This document shows, piece by piece, positions 37,081 to 47,417 of a stretch of DNA of 64,000 nucleotides. Source of the DNA: Planctomycetota bacterium (GTDB lineage: Bacteria > Planctomycetota > MHYJ01 > WSZJ01). Numbering within the stretch: position 1 is the first letter of the stretch; each line of letters opens with the position of its first letter. The position numbers were made by a program, and so were the translations under genes. The DNA is taken from positions 52,486 through 116,485 of the forward strand of contig JBBTCT010000031.1 in NCBI GenBank assembly GCA_038060895.1. The letters run 5' to 3'. Under the pieces are notes generated by a model. The model had not been told where the DNA came from, ran no database searches, and saw nothing but the letters and a program-made list of their open reading frames with translations.

Positions 37081-37818
37081 ATGCTTTCGCAGGCCATCAA
37101 GGCAGGTTTCAAGCGGTCCTTCATGACCGGCATCGCTTCCCTGCTCCCCACTACCCTCACGATCCTCATTCTCATCGCCGCGTTCGGCATCCTGAACGAC
37201 TACGTGGGGAAACCGATGGGGGGCCTCGTCCTCTGGGGACTCGACCGCTGGGCGGGCCGGCCGTTCGGCGATTTCATCGTCTCGTTCACGAGCCACTCCC
37301 TCCTCGACCTGCGCGCGACCGACCACTGGCTGAAGTCCGCGATCGGCTTCCCTGTCGCCGCCGTGCTCATCTTCTTCCTCGGCTTCCTCTTCGCTTCCTT
37401 CCTCGGCCGCCGACTGATGGGCACCTTCGATCACATCGTCGCGCGCTTCCCCATCATCGGCAGCATTTACGGGTACGGAAAGCAGGTGTCGGACTTCCTG
37501 ATGAAGAGCAACAAGCAGGTCGAGTTCAAGAGCGTGGTGCTGGTGAAGTATCCGTACGAGGGGATCTGGTCGATCGGGTTCGTCACGAACGACGGGATCA
37601 GCGTGCTGAACGAGCGCGAGGGGAAGGAGATGGTGACGGTGTGCGTGCCGAACGCGCCGACGCTCATCACCGGATGGGTCCTGATTCTCCCGAGGGCGGA
37701 CGTGATTCCGCTCGACATGAGCGTGGACGAGGCGATCCCGTTCATCGTGAGCGCGGGGGTGCTGCTGCCCGAACGGCTGCGTCCTGCGAAATCGCTCCCC
37801 GTGGGGGTGAAGGCGTGA
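37081..37818 (+). CDS. DUF502 family membrane protein
   Basis: 'FMTGIASLLP', 'RFPIIGSIY...KQV', 'VVLVKYP', 'VPNAPTLITGW', 'MSVDEA'. Confidence 0.88.
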   Translation: MLSQAIKAGFKRSFMTGIASLLPTTLTILILIAAFGILNDYVGKPMGGLVLWGLDRWAGRPFGDFIVSFTSHSLLDLRATDHWLKSAIGFPVAAVLIFFLGFLFASFLGRRLMGTFDHIVARFPIIGSIYGYGKQVSDFLMKSNKQVEFKSVVLVKYPYEGIWSIGFVTNDGISVLNEREGKEMVTVCVPNAPTLITGWVLILPRADVIPLDMSVDEAIPFIVSAGVLLPERLRPAKSLPVGVKA

Positions 37819-38990
37819 GGCGGGTCAAAGTCGATGAAGCGGTGGCGGGACAGCGCGTTGCGCGGGCGCTCTATTACCCGAATGGCGCGGCGATGCTGGC
37901 GGCGGGGGCGGCGCTGACGCCGGCGGCGATCCAGCGCCTGGCGCAGGCGGGCTACCGCGACCTGTACGTACTCGAAGAAGGGGCGGAGGGCGTTGACGGG
38001 CGCGACCTCATCATCGAGGCCGCGCGGGCGCCGATGGCGCGCAAGCTTGCCGCGTTCTTCAAGTCGGTCCGCGACACGATCGGGCGTGCGGCAGGGATCG
38101 AGGCTGCGGACGAGCCCAACACGGTGAGCGAGAAGCTCGCAAATCCCGACGTGCGCAAGGCCGTGAAGTCCCTCCGGTTCGTCGAAGCGATGTCCGGCCC
38201 GGACCTCGACGCGTTCTTCGACGGCATCGCCCTCGAAAAGGACGCGCCGATGGTCACCGGCATGCCCCGCACCGACGCGAGCCACCACGTCGATCACGCA
38301 CTCAACGTAGCGGCACGAAGCGTCATGGTCGCGCGCCGGCTCGGCTGGGCGCCGCGCGAGTGCCGCGAACTGTGCGTTGGAGCGCTCCTGCACGACGTCG
38401 GTTACCACGTGCTCCCCGAGGAAATCGTCAAGACCGCCCCCGGGCAGCAGATGCACCCGGCCGCGGGCTACCACATCCTCCGCTCCGACACCGGCCTCTC
38501 GCTCCTCTGCGCCCACTGCGCCTACCAGCACCACGAGCGCTTCGACGGAAGAGGCATCCCGCGGCGGCTCGTCGGGATGCAGACACTTTCCGCGCGCGAT
38601 TCGACGGGCCCCGGATCGATGCACCGCTACGCAAGCGTCATCGCGGTCTCCGACGTGTTCGACCTCCTCACCTCAGGGTTCCCCGACGGCTGGGCGATGC
38701 GCGATGACGAAGCGCTGCAGCTGATGCGCAACGAATCTGGAAAGGCTCTTCACCCCGACGGCCTGAAGGCCTTCCTTGCGCTCACCCCGCCCTACCCGGT
38801 CGGGCTCGAAGTCGAGGTGCTCGACAGCGAGTGGGCGGGATGCACGGGCATCGTCGCTTCCGTCACCGCAGGATCGATGGACCGTCCCGCGATCAAGGTC
38901 CTGCGGAGCGGCGGCGCGCCGCTTCCCAAGGCGGTCGATATCGACCTTGCGAAGACGGAGACGAGTTTCCGGCCGCGCGGAACGAAATAG
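37815..38990 (+). CDS. HD-GYP domain phosphodiesterase-like protein
   Basis: 'HALNVA', 'GALLHDVG', 'QHHERFDGRGIP', 'SDVFDLLTS', 'YPVG'; GTGA overlap. Confidence 0.88.
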   Translation: MRRVKVDEAVAGQRVARALYYPNGAAMLAAGAALTPAAIQRLAQAGYRDLYVLEEGAEGVDGRDLIIEAARAPMARKLAAFFKSVRDTIGRAAGIEAADEPNTVSEKLANPDVRKAVKSLRFVEAMSGPDLDAFFDGIALEKDAPMVTGMPRTDASHHVDHALNVAARSVMVARRLGWAPRECRELCVGALLHDVGYHVLPEEIVKTAPGQQMHPAAGYHILRSDTGLSLLCAHCAYQHHERFDGRGIPRRLVGMQTLSARDSTGPGSMHRYASVIAVSDVFDLLTSGFPDGWAMRDDEALQLMRNESGKALHPDGLKAFLALTPPYPVGLEVEVLDSEWAGCTGIVASVTAGSMDRPAIKVLRSGGAPLPKAVDIDLAKTETSFRPRGTK

Positions 38991-39002
38991 TTGCCGGCGG
39001 CC

Positions 39003-40112
39003 CTACCTGACGCCGGGCGCGTTCGCGTAGCGGTAATACACCTCGAGCGCCAGCGTACCCATCGCGGTGCGCACCGCCGACCCCGTCGCCCCCGAAGGCC
39101 CGGGCCAGGTCCCTTCACGGTTCTGGTTCAGAACAAGCGCCTCCTTCAGCGCCGCGCTCCATGTCTTCCAGGATTCCCCGACCGAATCGACGTGTCCGGG
39201 CCCCTCAAACTGGTGAAGCGCCAGCGTTGCGAAGTACCAGCGCGTGAATTCGGGCTTCTCCCAGGCCGGCGGCGCGGCGGCGAGAGCGACGGCGAGACCG
39301 GGAAGTGACGGGTGTTCTCCGTCTCCGGCGACCAGGAGAAACGCCGCCGCGGCTTCCGGCGTCGGCCCGGCGTTGAGAGACTCGAACAGGCGTTCCTTTG
39401 TCCGCCCGGCCGCGGCTTCATCGAACGCCAGGTCGGACAGTTTCGCGGAGGCCGCTGCGAAGGCGGCCCAGGATTCGGCGAGTGGGTCGCCGCGGGTGGC
39501 ATCGAAGCGCTGGAACGCGTCGTAGCGGGCCAGGGCGGACTCGCACATGACGCCGATGCCGCCGGAGTTCGTGAGGCCCCAGGCCTGGCTCATCACGAGC
39601 GCGTGCAGCGACGCGTCGAAGGCATCCGTGGGCGGCCGCGTGTCCAGCCAATTCAGGCCGGCTCTGATCGCGTCGCCGAAGGCCTTCCTGTTCTCCGATC
39701 CCTCGACGGAAACGGACTCGTTTGAGAGGTGCGTGTACCCCGCCGAAAGCAGGGCGAGGAGGCAGAGCGCGGTGGCCGACGTCGGCGAGTAGATGTGTCC
39801 TTCAAAGATCTCGGCCTCGCCGCCCCAGGAGCCGTCGAGGTTCTGGTGGCGCAGCATCCATTTCAGCGACGCGCTCCCGCCGGATCCGCAGGCGTAGACT
39901 GCGGAGGATCCCTGGACAAGCTTGCGAACCGGCCTTTCAGCGGAAATCACGGGCTCGGCAGCTGCGGACAGCTCGATTTCGCAAATCGCCTCCGGCGCCG
40001 CGAAATGCGGGGCAACGTCCGTGATGACATGGCCTGCGGGGACACCCCTGCGGATGAGCAACGCGATGAGAAGCGCGATCAGGAAGGCCACGGCGGTCGT
40101 TCGCATGTCCAT
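39003..40112 (-). CDS. Prenyltransferase/squalene-oxidase-repeat protein (planctomycete type)
   Basis: 'LKWMLRHQNLDGSW', 'TALCLLALLSAG', 'QNREGTW', 'TAMGTLALEVYYRY'. Confidence 0.8.
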   Translation of the reverse strand: MDMRTTAVAFLIALLIALLIRRGVPAGHVITDVAPHFAAPEAICEIELSAAAEPVISAERPVRKLVQGSSAVYACGSGGSASLKWMLRHQNLDGSWGGEAEIFEGHIYSPTSATALCLLALLSAGYTHLSNESVSVEGSENRKAFGDAIRAGLNWLDTRPPTDAFDASLHALVMSQAWGLTNSGGIGVMCESALARYDAFQRFDATRGDPLAESWAAFAAASAKLSDLAFDEAAAGRTKERLFESLNAGPTPEAAAAFLLVAGDGEHPSLPGLAVALAAAPPAWEKPEFTRWYFATLALHQFEGPGHVDSVGESWKTWSAALKEALVLNQNREGTWPGPSGATGSAVRTAMGTLALEVYYRYANAPGVR

Positions 40113-40187
40113 GCCAACGTGCCCCGGCTGTACCGGTTCGGCGCATTCCCGGTTGCGGAATCCGCGGCCGTCCTGCTTACTCCCCGC

Positions 40188-41354
40188 GTGCTTCGCTTCG
40201 CCCTCCTCAACATCCTGACCCGCCCGCTGCGCTCTTTCCTCGCGCTCATCGGCGTCGCCGTTGCGATTGCGGGGGTCGTGGGGCTGATCAGCGTGTCGTC
40301 CGGGCTCAAGAACACGATGTCGGACACACTGGCGAAGGTGGAAGGGCTCGTCATGATCGAGGCGAACTCGGTCGACCCTATCTTCTCGAGCCTCCCGATC
40401 GCCTACGCAGCCCGCGTCGAAAAGATCCCCGGCGTGGCGGCGTGCGTTCCCGAGTACTGGAAAGTCGCCCCCAACGTCGAGGGGCAGAAGACGCTCATGG
40501 GGATGTTCTCGGCGGTCGTCGTCCTGGGCCTCGACCCGGAGCGGCATACGCGGCTCTCCGCGGGACACGTGTACTCGCGCTCGATGAAACGCGGCCGGAA
40601 CATCGAGGCGCAGGATGCGGGGAAACGGCGCGTCGTGGTCTCGGAGCGCATCGCGAAGAAGTACGGAAAGGACGTCGGCGGCACGATCAGGGTGGGCGAG
40701 CTGCAGTATGACGTCGTCGGCGTCTACCAGACCGGGTCGCTCTTCCTCGACGGCACGCTCGTCATGCATCTCGACCAGGCGTGGGCGTTCGCGGGAATTT
40801 CGGGAAAGGACGTGGTGACGAGCTTCTACGTCGAGCCCGTGACGCAATCGCCGGAGGAAATGGCGCGCATTGAGAAGGCGATCGAGGACGAATTCTCGAA
40901 GGACCCCAAGAAAATCGACTGCCTGTCGACGGCCGAGTGGCAGTCGGAATTCGGAAAGCTCATCTCGAATCTCGACGTGTTCCTGATGGTCGTCTCCTCC
41001 ATCGCCGTCATCGTCGGCGCGATCGGCATCCTCAACACCATGCTCATGAGCGTCACCGAGCGCATCCCCGAGTTCGGAATCCTCAAAGCCAACGGCTGGT
41101 CGCGCGGCGACGTCACGCGCCTCGTCCTCGCCGAAAGCACCTACCTCGGCATCGCCGGCGGCCTCCTCGGCTGCGGCGTCGGCGTCGCCGGCGTCCAGAT
41201 CGCGGCACGCTTCATGCCGTTCCAGCCCGCCACTCCGCTGTCCCTCGTCGCCACGGCCTTCGGCGTCGGCGTCGTCCTCGGAATCCTCGGCGGCGTCTAC
41301 CCCGCGCGCCACGCCGCCGGCCTCTCTCCCGTCGAAGCGATCCGGGCCGCGTGA
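40188..41354 (+). CDS. ABC transporter permease (MacB/FtsX family)
   Basis: 'RSFLALIGVAVAI', 'GILNTMLMSVTERIPEFGILKANGW', 'YPARHAAGLSPVEAIR'. Confidence 0.93.
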   Translation: MLRFALLNILTRPLRSFLALIGVAVAIAGVVGLISVSSGLKNTMSDTLAKVEGLVMIEANSVDPIFSSLPIAYAARVEKIPGVAACVPEYWKVAPNVEGQKTLMGMFSAVVVLGLDPERHTRLSAGHVYSRSMKRGRNIEAQDAGKRRVVVSERIAKKYGKDVGGTIRVGELQYDVVGVYQTGSLFLDGTLVMHLDQAWAFAGISGKDVVTSFYVEPVTQSPEEMARIEKAIEDEFSKDPKKIDCLSTAEWQSEFGKLISNLDVFLMVVSSIAVIVGAIGILNTMLMSVTERIPEFGILKANGWSRGDVTRLVLAESTYLGIAGGLLGCGVGVAGVQIAARFMPFQPATPLSLVATAFGVGVVLGILGGVYPARHAAGLSPVEAIRAA

Positions 41355-42025
41355 GCCTCCTGCGCGCCGTGAATCTGACGAAAACGTTCGCGATCGGCGG
41401 CCGGCCGGTCGAGGCGCTGCGCGGGATCTCCATCGAACTCCCCGAAAAGAGCTTCACGTTCGTCGTCGGCCCCAGCGGAAGCGGCAAATCGACGTTCATG
41501 CACCTCGCAGGCGCGCTCGAGCGGCCGACCTCCGGGACGATCGAGGTCGCCGGCCGCGACCTCGGCGCCCTCTCCGACGACGACCTCTCCACCTTCCGCC
41601 GCGAAAAACTCGGCTTCGTTTTCCAGGCGTTCAACCTCATCCCGAACCTCAACGCCGTCGAAAACGTCCTCGTGCCCTTCTACGCCAAGGGCCTCGCCGA
41701 GGGGATGCGCGAAAAGGCGAAGGAAATGCTGAAGCGCGTCGGGCTCGGCGACCGGCTGGATCACCGCCCGAAACAACTCTCCGGCGGCGAACAGCAGCGC
41801 GTCGCGATCGCCAGGGCCCTGCTGAAGGATCCCATCCTCATGCTCGCCGACGAACCCACCGGCGAACTCGACTCCAAAACCGGCGCCGAGATCTTCGCTC
41901 TCCTGCGCACCCTGCACCGCGAAAAGGGCGCTTCCGTCGTCGTCGTCACCCACGACACGCGCTACATTGAACCCGCCGACCGCGTGATCCTGATCGAAGA
42001 CGGGCGCATCGTGGAGGGGAAGTGA
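41351..42025 (+). CDS. ABC transporter ATP-binding protein (LolD/MacB type)
   Basis: 'GPSGSGKST', 'LSGGEQQRVAIARAL', 'ADEPTGELD', 'VTHD'. Confidence 0.95.
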   Translation: MSLLRAVNLTKTFAIGGRPVEALRGISIELPEKSFTFVVGPSGSGKSTFMHLAGALERPTSGTIEVAGRDLGALSDDDLSTFRREKLGFVFQAFNLIPNLNAVENVLVPFYAKGLAEGMREKAKEMLKRVGLGDRLDHRPKQLSGGEQQRVAIARALLKDPILMLADEPTGELDSKTGAEIFALLRTLHREKGASVVVVTHDTRYIEPADRVILIEDGRIVEGK

Positions 42026-42825
42026 AGAACCTGGCGAAAGTGAAGCGGCTGCTCGCGAACCCCGCGTTCCCCCGGGCGTCGAAGTACGACCCCGCCTGGA
42101 TCCTCGCGAACGAGATGGGCCCCAACGCGCTCTGGCTGGCGGAGTGGCTGACCGAGGTGATGGCGCTTCGACCCGGCATGCGCGTCCTGGACATGGGCTG
42201 CGGCCGCGCGATGACGTCGGTGTTCCTCGCGCGCGAGTTCGGCGTCACGGTCTGGGCGAACGACCTCTGGATCACCGCAACACAGAACTTCCAGACCCTC
42301 CGCGAGGCCCGAGTCGAGGACCGCGTTTTCCCGATCCGGGCCGAAGCGCATGCGCTGCCGTATGCCGAGGGCTTCTTCGACGCCATCGTCAGCGTCGACT
42401 CCTACCACTACTACGGCACGAGCGACACCTACCTCGGCTACTTCTCAAAGTTCCTTCGCCCGCGCGGCCAGATTGGGATCGTGGTGCCGGGGCTAGTCCG
42501 CGAGATCAAGGGCGGCACGCCGCAGCATCTCGCACGCCCCTACGGCAAGTCGCCGCCGTTCTGGGACCCGAAAGAGTGCGGCAGCTTCCATACGGCTGCG
42601 TGGTGGAAGCGCCACTGGGGCACGGGTCTCGTCGCGATCGAGTCGTGCTCGCTCCTCAAGGACGGCTGGAAACACTGGGTCCAGTGGGAGGACGCCCGCG
42701 AGGCGGGCGGCGGCGGTCACTCCGGATTTCCCAGCGAAGCGCCGGCGCTCCGGGCCGACCGCGGTCGAACGATGGGCTTCGTGCGGATGGTCGCACGGAA
42801 ACCTGCGGCTATCGCGTCGTCCTGA
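42022..42825 (+). CDS. SAM-dependent methyltransferase
   Basis: 'MGPNALWL', 'VLDMGCG', 'LPYAEGFFDAIVS'. Confidence 0.9.
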   Translation: MKNLAKVKRLLANPAFPRASKYDPAWILANEMGPNALWLAEWLTEVMALRPGMRVLDMGCGRAMTSVFLAREFGVTVWANDLWITATQNFQTLREARVEDRVFPIRAEAHALPYAEGFFDAIVSVDSYHYYGTSDTYLGYFSKFLRPRGQIGIVVPGLVREIKGGTPQHLARPYGKSPPFWDPKECGSFHTAAWWKRHWGTGLVAIESCSLLKDGWKHWVQWEDAREAGGGGHSGFPSEAPALRADRGRTMGFVRMVARKPAAIASS

Positions 42826-44182
42826 GGTTCACGTCAGGGCGCGCCTTCCTGAAAACCTCGTGCGCTTTCTCGCTGATCTCAGGGCAGAAATTCACGTCCA
42901 GGTCGCGAAGCGGCTTCAGCGCGACGAGGGAGATCAGACCTGCACCCGTGACTGAGGTGCTGGAGATATCGAGGACGCGCAGGTTCGGCGCGTCGACCAG
43001 CGGAGCGATGACGGCGTCGTCGACGCCGGCGCTCCAGGCGACGCTGAGGCTTTCCAGCTCGGGAAGGCCGACGAGCGGCGCCAGATCGGTCAGGGTCGAC
43101 GACTTGCCAATCTGCAGAATCTCCAGCGTCCGGCAAGCGGCCAGCTCCTTGATCCCCGCGTTCGTCACGCGGCGGTTGTCCTCGATGTACAGCGCCGCCA
43201 GCGAGGGCAGGGTCGCCAATTCCCGGAGCGATTTGTCTCCAAACCCCGCGTCGCGCGCGTCTATCCAGGTCAGGTTCCGGCTTCGCGCCAGCGCTTTTGC
43301 CCCGCGCAGGCCGACGTGAATTCCCGTGATCGAAATCGCATCGAGTTTCGGAAGCGTGGCCAACGCTTCGACCCCCTTCACCGTCAGTTTCTCTCCGTAA
43401 ACGTAGACCCTCTCCAGCCCCTTCCCCGTCGACAACGCAACCAGGGCTTCGTCGGTCAGCTCCTCGCTCGACAGCGATACCTCGATCAGGTTTGGAATGG
43501 CCGCCAGGTATCCAATGCCTTCGATGGTGAGCGTCGGGACGTCGTCGGCGGAGACATTCATCAACGTCTTGAGTCCGGCGAGCGCCTTGAAACCCTTCCC
43601 CGTCACCGACGAAAAGTTGACCTGCAGCTTCTCGAGCGAAGTGAGAGCCGCGAGCGACGCGAGGACCCGATCGTCGAAGCGTTCGATCCAGCCGACGTCG
43701 AGCATCATGAGGGACGAGATCTTCTCGACGCCGGCGCCCGTCATTCCGGAGCATCCGTAGATGGAAAGTTCACGAAGGGATTTCATGGTCGAGAACGGTC
43801 GCAGCGAGGCGTCCGTGAGCGTCGTGCACATGCTCACGTCGAGCGCCTCCAGTTGCTTCAGAGCGACAAGGGCGCTGACGCCTGCATCGGTGACCTGCGG
43901 GCACTCGTGAATCCTGAGCCTCTTCAGCGCCAGGCATTGCGCCATCAGCTGAACTTCCGCGTCCTCGATCATCGGCCCTGAAGTCTCCAGGTCCTCCAGC
44001 AACGCAAGCCGCTTCAGCGCCTCAAACGTCCCGGTCCCGGGATTCACGACGACAACGCGGGTGGTGGATTCCGGAAGCTCTTCCGCCATTTTCCGGGTCC
44101 TGACAACCGGGATCTCGCCGTTCCGGTCCTGCGCGACGGCCGTGGCGGACGCGAAAAGCAGCAATGCGATCGGACGGAGCAT
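42809..44182 (-). CDS. Secreted leucine-rich repeat protein
   Basis: Signal peptide; many ~25-aa LRRs ('LKRLRIHECPQVTDAGVSAL'). Confidence 0.88.
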   Translation of the reverse strand: MLRPIALLLFASATAVAQDRNGEIPVVRTRKMAEELPESTTRVVVVNPGTGTFEALKRLALLEDLETSGPMIEDAEVQLMAQCLALKRLRIHECPQVTDAGVSALVALKQLEALDVSMCTTLTDASLRPFSTMKSLRELSIYGCSGMTGAGVEKISSLMMLDVGWIERFDDRVLASLAALTSLEKLQVNFSSVTGKGFKALAGLKTLMNVSADDVPTLTIEGIGYLAAIPNLIEVSLSSEELTDEALVALSTGKGLERVYVYGEKLTVKGVEALATLPKLDAISITGIHVGLRGAKALARSRNLTWIDARDAGFGDKSLRELATLPSLAALYIEDNRRVTNAGIKELAACRTLEILQIGKSSTLTDLAPLVGLPELESLSVAWSAGVDDAVIAPLVDAPNLRVLDISSTSVTGAGLISLVALKPLRDLDVNFCPEISEKAHEVFRKARPDVNLRTTR

Positions 44183-44271
44183 CCGGATCTCCGGAATGGG
44201 ACGGCGGCCGCAGCCGCGTGTAGGATTTGCGGCTCGCAGTCTACACACAGGCGGGATTCGGGAGACTCAGC

Positions 44272-45597
44272 ATGCTCTTCAGCGCCCAGAAGGCGTTCGA
44301 CCACATCCGCGTGATGGCGAAGGAGATCGGCATCCGGCCCGGCGGCTCGGCGGAGGAGCGGAAGGCGGGCGAGTACGTGCTGCGGCAGTTCAAGGCGTAC
44401 GGGCTGGAGACGAAGGTCGAGCCGTTCCGGGTGGAAGTGCCGGGAAAGGCCGAAGCGAAGTTCCACGTCGAGGGGCTGGGGGAAGTGCAGACGCGCCCCG
44501 TCTGCGCCACGGCGAGCACGCCGCCCCGCGGCGTTGACGGCGAACTCGTCTTCGTCGAGAGCGGCGAAGAAGTCTTTCTCTCGAAAACAAAACTGGGACA
44601 GATCTTTCTCCTCTATGGCGAGCTCGGCGCCCCCGACAAGTACGAACCGCTCATGCGCGCGAATCCCGCGGCGATCGTCCTCGTCGAAAATGCGCGCTTC
44701 ATCGAGCCGCGCCTGACCAAGCTCTCGAATGAGAAGCGCGACGCGTTCGGCGCCGTGCCGGTGGTGCGGATCCGCTTCGAGGACGGCGACAGGATCATGC
44801 GCAAGGGGCTGAAGCGCGCGAAGGTGGTCACGAAGGTCAGCCACGAGTGGAAGCGGTCGCAGAACATCTGGGGCGTCCTGCGCGGCACCGAAAAACCGTG
44901 GGAGGAAGTCGTGGTCGGCGGCCACTACGACTCCGTGTGGGGCGGCTACGGCGCGCAGGACAACGCCGGGGGTGCCGCGGTTGCGATGGAACTCGCGCGT
45001 GTCTTCGCCCACCGGCGTTCGAAGCGCACGATCCGCTTCTGCACGTTCGGGTGCGAAGAGCTCGGCCTGCGCGGGAGCACGGCGCATGTGGAAAATCTGC
45101 GCAAGGCGCACGCGAAGCACGTCGCGAAGAAACGGAAGCCCGGCTGGAAGATGGACTGGTCGCCGCTCGAACGGACTCGCCTCATGCTCAACGTCGACCT
45201 GCAGGGCCTGCTCTTCGGCGACAACTACTGCCCTGTCGGCGGCCCGCCTGAGCTGATGAGCGCCTGCAAACTCCTCGCGAGCGAGATGGGCCCCGCGATG
45301 AAGTTCGACGACGAGTGCTATTCGAGCGACAACGCGCCGTTCGCGTACGCGGGCGTCCCGACGGCCGCGTTCGGTCGCCTCGGCGTCGAGCTGATGTGGG
45401 CGCACACGCCGGCCGACACGTTCGACCGATGCTGGAAGGACTCGCTCGCGCCGGTGGGACACTTCCTCGAGGTTTTTCTTTCTCGCTGGGTTGCGGACGC
45501 GAAGGCGTTTCCGTTCAAGCGGGAGATTCCGGACGTGCATGCGAAGAAGGTGCGCGAGTACTTCAAGGGCCGGATGTTCGGCTATGTGGAGGGGTAA
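44272..45597 (+). CDS. M28 family aminopeptidase with PA domain
   Basis: 'GGHYDSV', 'GAQDNAGG', 'GCEELGLRGS', 'LNVD', 'AHTPADT'. Confidence 0.92.
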   Translation: MLFSAQKAFDHIRVMAKEIGIRPGGSAEERKAGEYVLRQFKAYGLETKVEPFRVEVPGKAEAKFHVEGLGEVQTRPVCATASTPPRGVDGELVFVESGEEVFLSKTKLGQIFLLYGELGAPDKYEPLMRANPAAIVLVENARFIEPRLTKLSNEKRDAFGAVPVVRIRFEDGDRIMRKGLKRAKVVTKVSHEWKRSQNIWGVLRGTEKPWEEVVVGGHYDSVWGGYGAQDNAGGAAVAMELARVFAHRRSKRTIRFCTFGCEELGLRGSTAHVENLRKAHAKHVAKKRKPGWKMDWSPLERTRLMLNVDLQGLLFGDNYCPVGGPPELMSACKLLASEMGPAMKFDDECYSSDNAPFAYAGVPTAAFGRLGVELMWAHTPADTFDRCWKDSLAPVGHFLEVFLSRWVADAKAFPFKREIPDVHAKKVREYFKGRMFGYVEG

Positions 45598-45946
45598 GCT
45601 CCGGTTTTCGTGCCGGGGCCAAAAGGTACCAGCTGAGCCCGGGCAGGACCGAAAGCACGGCGGGAGCAGCAGCGGCAGCGCCAACTCCCCGGGTCAGGTA
45701 GCCGTAAAGGGCGAAGAGCGCGGCAGCCGTCAGGGCGATGACGCCGAACGGGAAGGTCCGGCGGAAGGCGATCAGCACCGCCCCGAGCACCTGGACGGCG
45801 CCGAACGCGAAGATGACCGGCTCCGGATAACCGACCGCGGCGATCAACTGGTTCTCCCGCGCCGCGGGCACGAACTTGAGCAGGCCGGAAAGGCCGTGGA
45901 CGACCACCAGCAGCACCTAGAGCAGTCGGCCCGTTCTCTCCTTCAT
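45563..45946 (-). pseudogene. DoxX-like membrane protein with in-frame TAG at codon 10
   Basis: ATG 45946 coupled to the upstream TGA; reads MKERTGRLL*VLLVVVHGLSGLLKF...; TAG at 45917-45919. Confidence 0.65.
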
Positions 45947-47307
45947 CGGCCCGACCTCTTCGTCCTGAAACTCCACGCATACGTCTCCGGCTTGTTCTCC
46001 ACGATGGCCAGAATGTTCACGTCGTAGATCGTGTCGGGCTTCAGCGCCTGGTGCGGGATGAGGACGATGCAGGCGTCGTTGTCGGGAAAGTCCTGCTTCG
46101 CCTTTTCGGTCGGGTGAGCCGGATCGGACGAGTCGAACTCGAGCGGCGTGCCGCCGCGTGGCGTGATCGATCCAGATTTCAGGCTGGCCACCGTCTCGAT
46201 CGGCAGCAGCACCGTGACGAACGGACCGGCCCGCTGCTTCCCCGGGTACGGGTACGGAATCTCGGTCACGCCATCCAGTTCCACCTCCAGCGCGCGGCGG
46301 AACGGCGCGACCGTGGGAACGCGCTCGACCTCGCGGTAAGTGTGAACGTCACTGCATCCCCATCCGTCCGCGATCCCGAACGACACCCGCGACAGGGTCG
46401 CGTCGTAGTAGGGATTCCGGTGCCAGAGCGTGGCGAGCAGCTTCGGGAGCCAGTTCGTCGTGCCCACATTGCAGTTCCTCCCCGCGTACTCGCCGCCGGG
46501 CGTGAAGAGCGGCTTTCCCTTCTCCTCGTAATGCGTGAGCCCGTTCTTCGCGCAATACCGCGAATGCGCCTCGCACAGCGGGATCAGCTCTTCCGCCAGC
46601 CCGACCGGCGGAAGGCCGCCGTACCGGCGCACCGCGTTGACGTCGGAAACGTGCCTCACGTATTCCTTCGGCGCCGACGCGGACACCGGCCACACCCCCG
46701 CGGCGCGCGGATTGGCCGAGACGAGCCAGCGCTTACCGGAAGCGGAAATCTCGCCGGTGAAGATTTCGAAGCGGAGCTTGGCGGCATCTTGCGCGGCGCC
46801 GATCGCGACCTTGTCGGCATCCAGATCGTCGAAGAGCCCGTTGCCGTTCGCGTCGAAAAAGGTGAGCGAAACTTCGGGAGTGGTGACCTCCAGGATCGCC
46901 GCGATGCGGTACTTCCACCGATTGGCCGCGAGGATCTCGACCGCAACCGTCACGGGCTTGCCGCTTCCGTAGACGAACTCAAAGAACCGGCGGCCCGAGC
47001 CCTTGATCTGGACAGGGTCGGCCGTCGTTCCGTCCTCGGTGCGAGGCTGGATGATGAGCACCCCGCCGGGGCCCGGCCGCGCGTCGAGACCGGCAGTCGG
47101 GCCGAAGAGCCACCGGCCGTCGCCGGCCTCGGGGATCGGGAAGTCGGGAATGAGCCGGATCCGGGGATCCTCGGGGGGAAGCTCGATGAGCCTTGGCGAC
47201 CCATCGACCCACGCAATCTCCGGCGACTTCGGGCGCGCCGGCTCTTCGTTCTGCGCCAGGGCCGGAAGAGCTGATGCCAGAAAGGCGATCGCAGCGAGCG
47301 GTTTCAT
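45943..47307 (-). CDS. Secreted protein with CAP/SCP domain
   Basis: Signal peptide; 'DANGNGLFDD'; 'VNAVRRYGGLPPV...AHSRYCAKNGLTHYE', 'WHR'. Confidence 0.8.
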   Translation of the reverse strand: MKPLAAIAFLASALPALAQNEEPARPKSPEIAWVDGSPRLIELPPEDPRIRLIPDFPIPEAGDGRWLFGPTAGLDARPGPGGVLIIQPRTEDGTTADPVQIKGSGRRFFEFVYGSGKPVTVAVEILAANRWKYRIAAILEVTTPEVSLTFFDANGNGLFDDLDADKVAIGAAQDAAKLRFEIFTGEISASGKRWLVSANPRAAGVWPVSASAPKEYVRHVSDVNAVRRYGGLPPVGLAEELIPLCEAHSRYCAKNGLTHYEEKGKPLFTPGGEYAGRNCNVGTTNWLPKLLATLWHRNPYYDATLSRVSFGIADGWGCSDVHTYREVERVPTVAPFRRALEVELDGVTEIPYPYPGKQRAGPFVTVLLPIETVASLKSGSITPRGGTPLEFDSSDPAHPTEKAKQDFPDNDACIVLIPHQALKPDTIYDVNILAIVENKPETYAWSFRTKRSGR

Positions 47308-47417
47308 CGGGAGGCATCGTATCGCGCGAGAGGAACCCCGGGTCCGCGTTTCACGTGTCCCGGCCGCCCTGGAAAATCTGCTGTTGCAGGCGGCGGCGGG
47401 CCGGGAAACTGGCGGAA

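Noticed and set aside
39003-41312. 769-aa ORF as given in the ORF track
   Set aside because: The N-terminal ~400 aa is antisense to the ABC permease; the real gene starts near 40112
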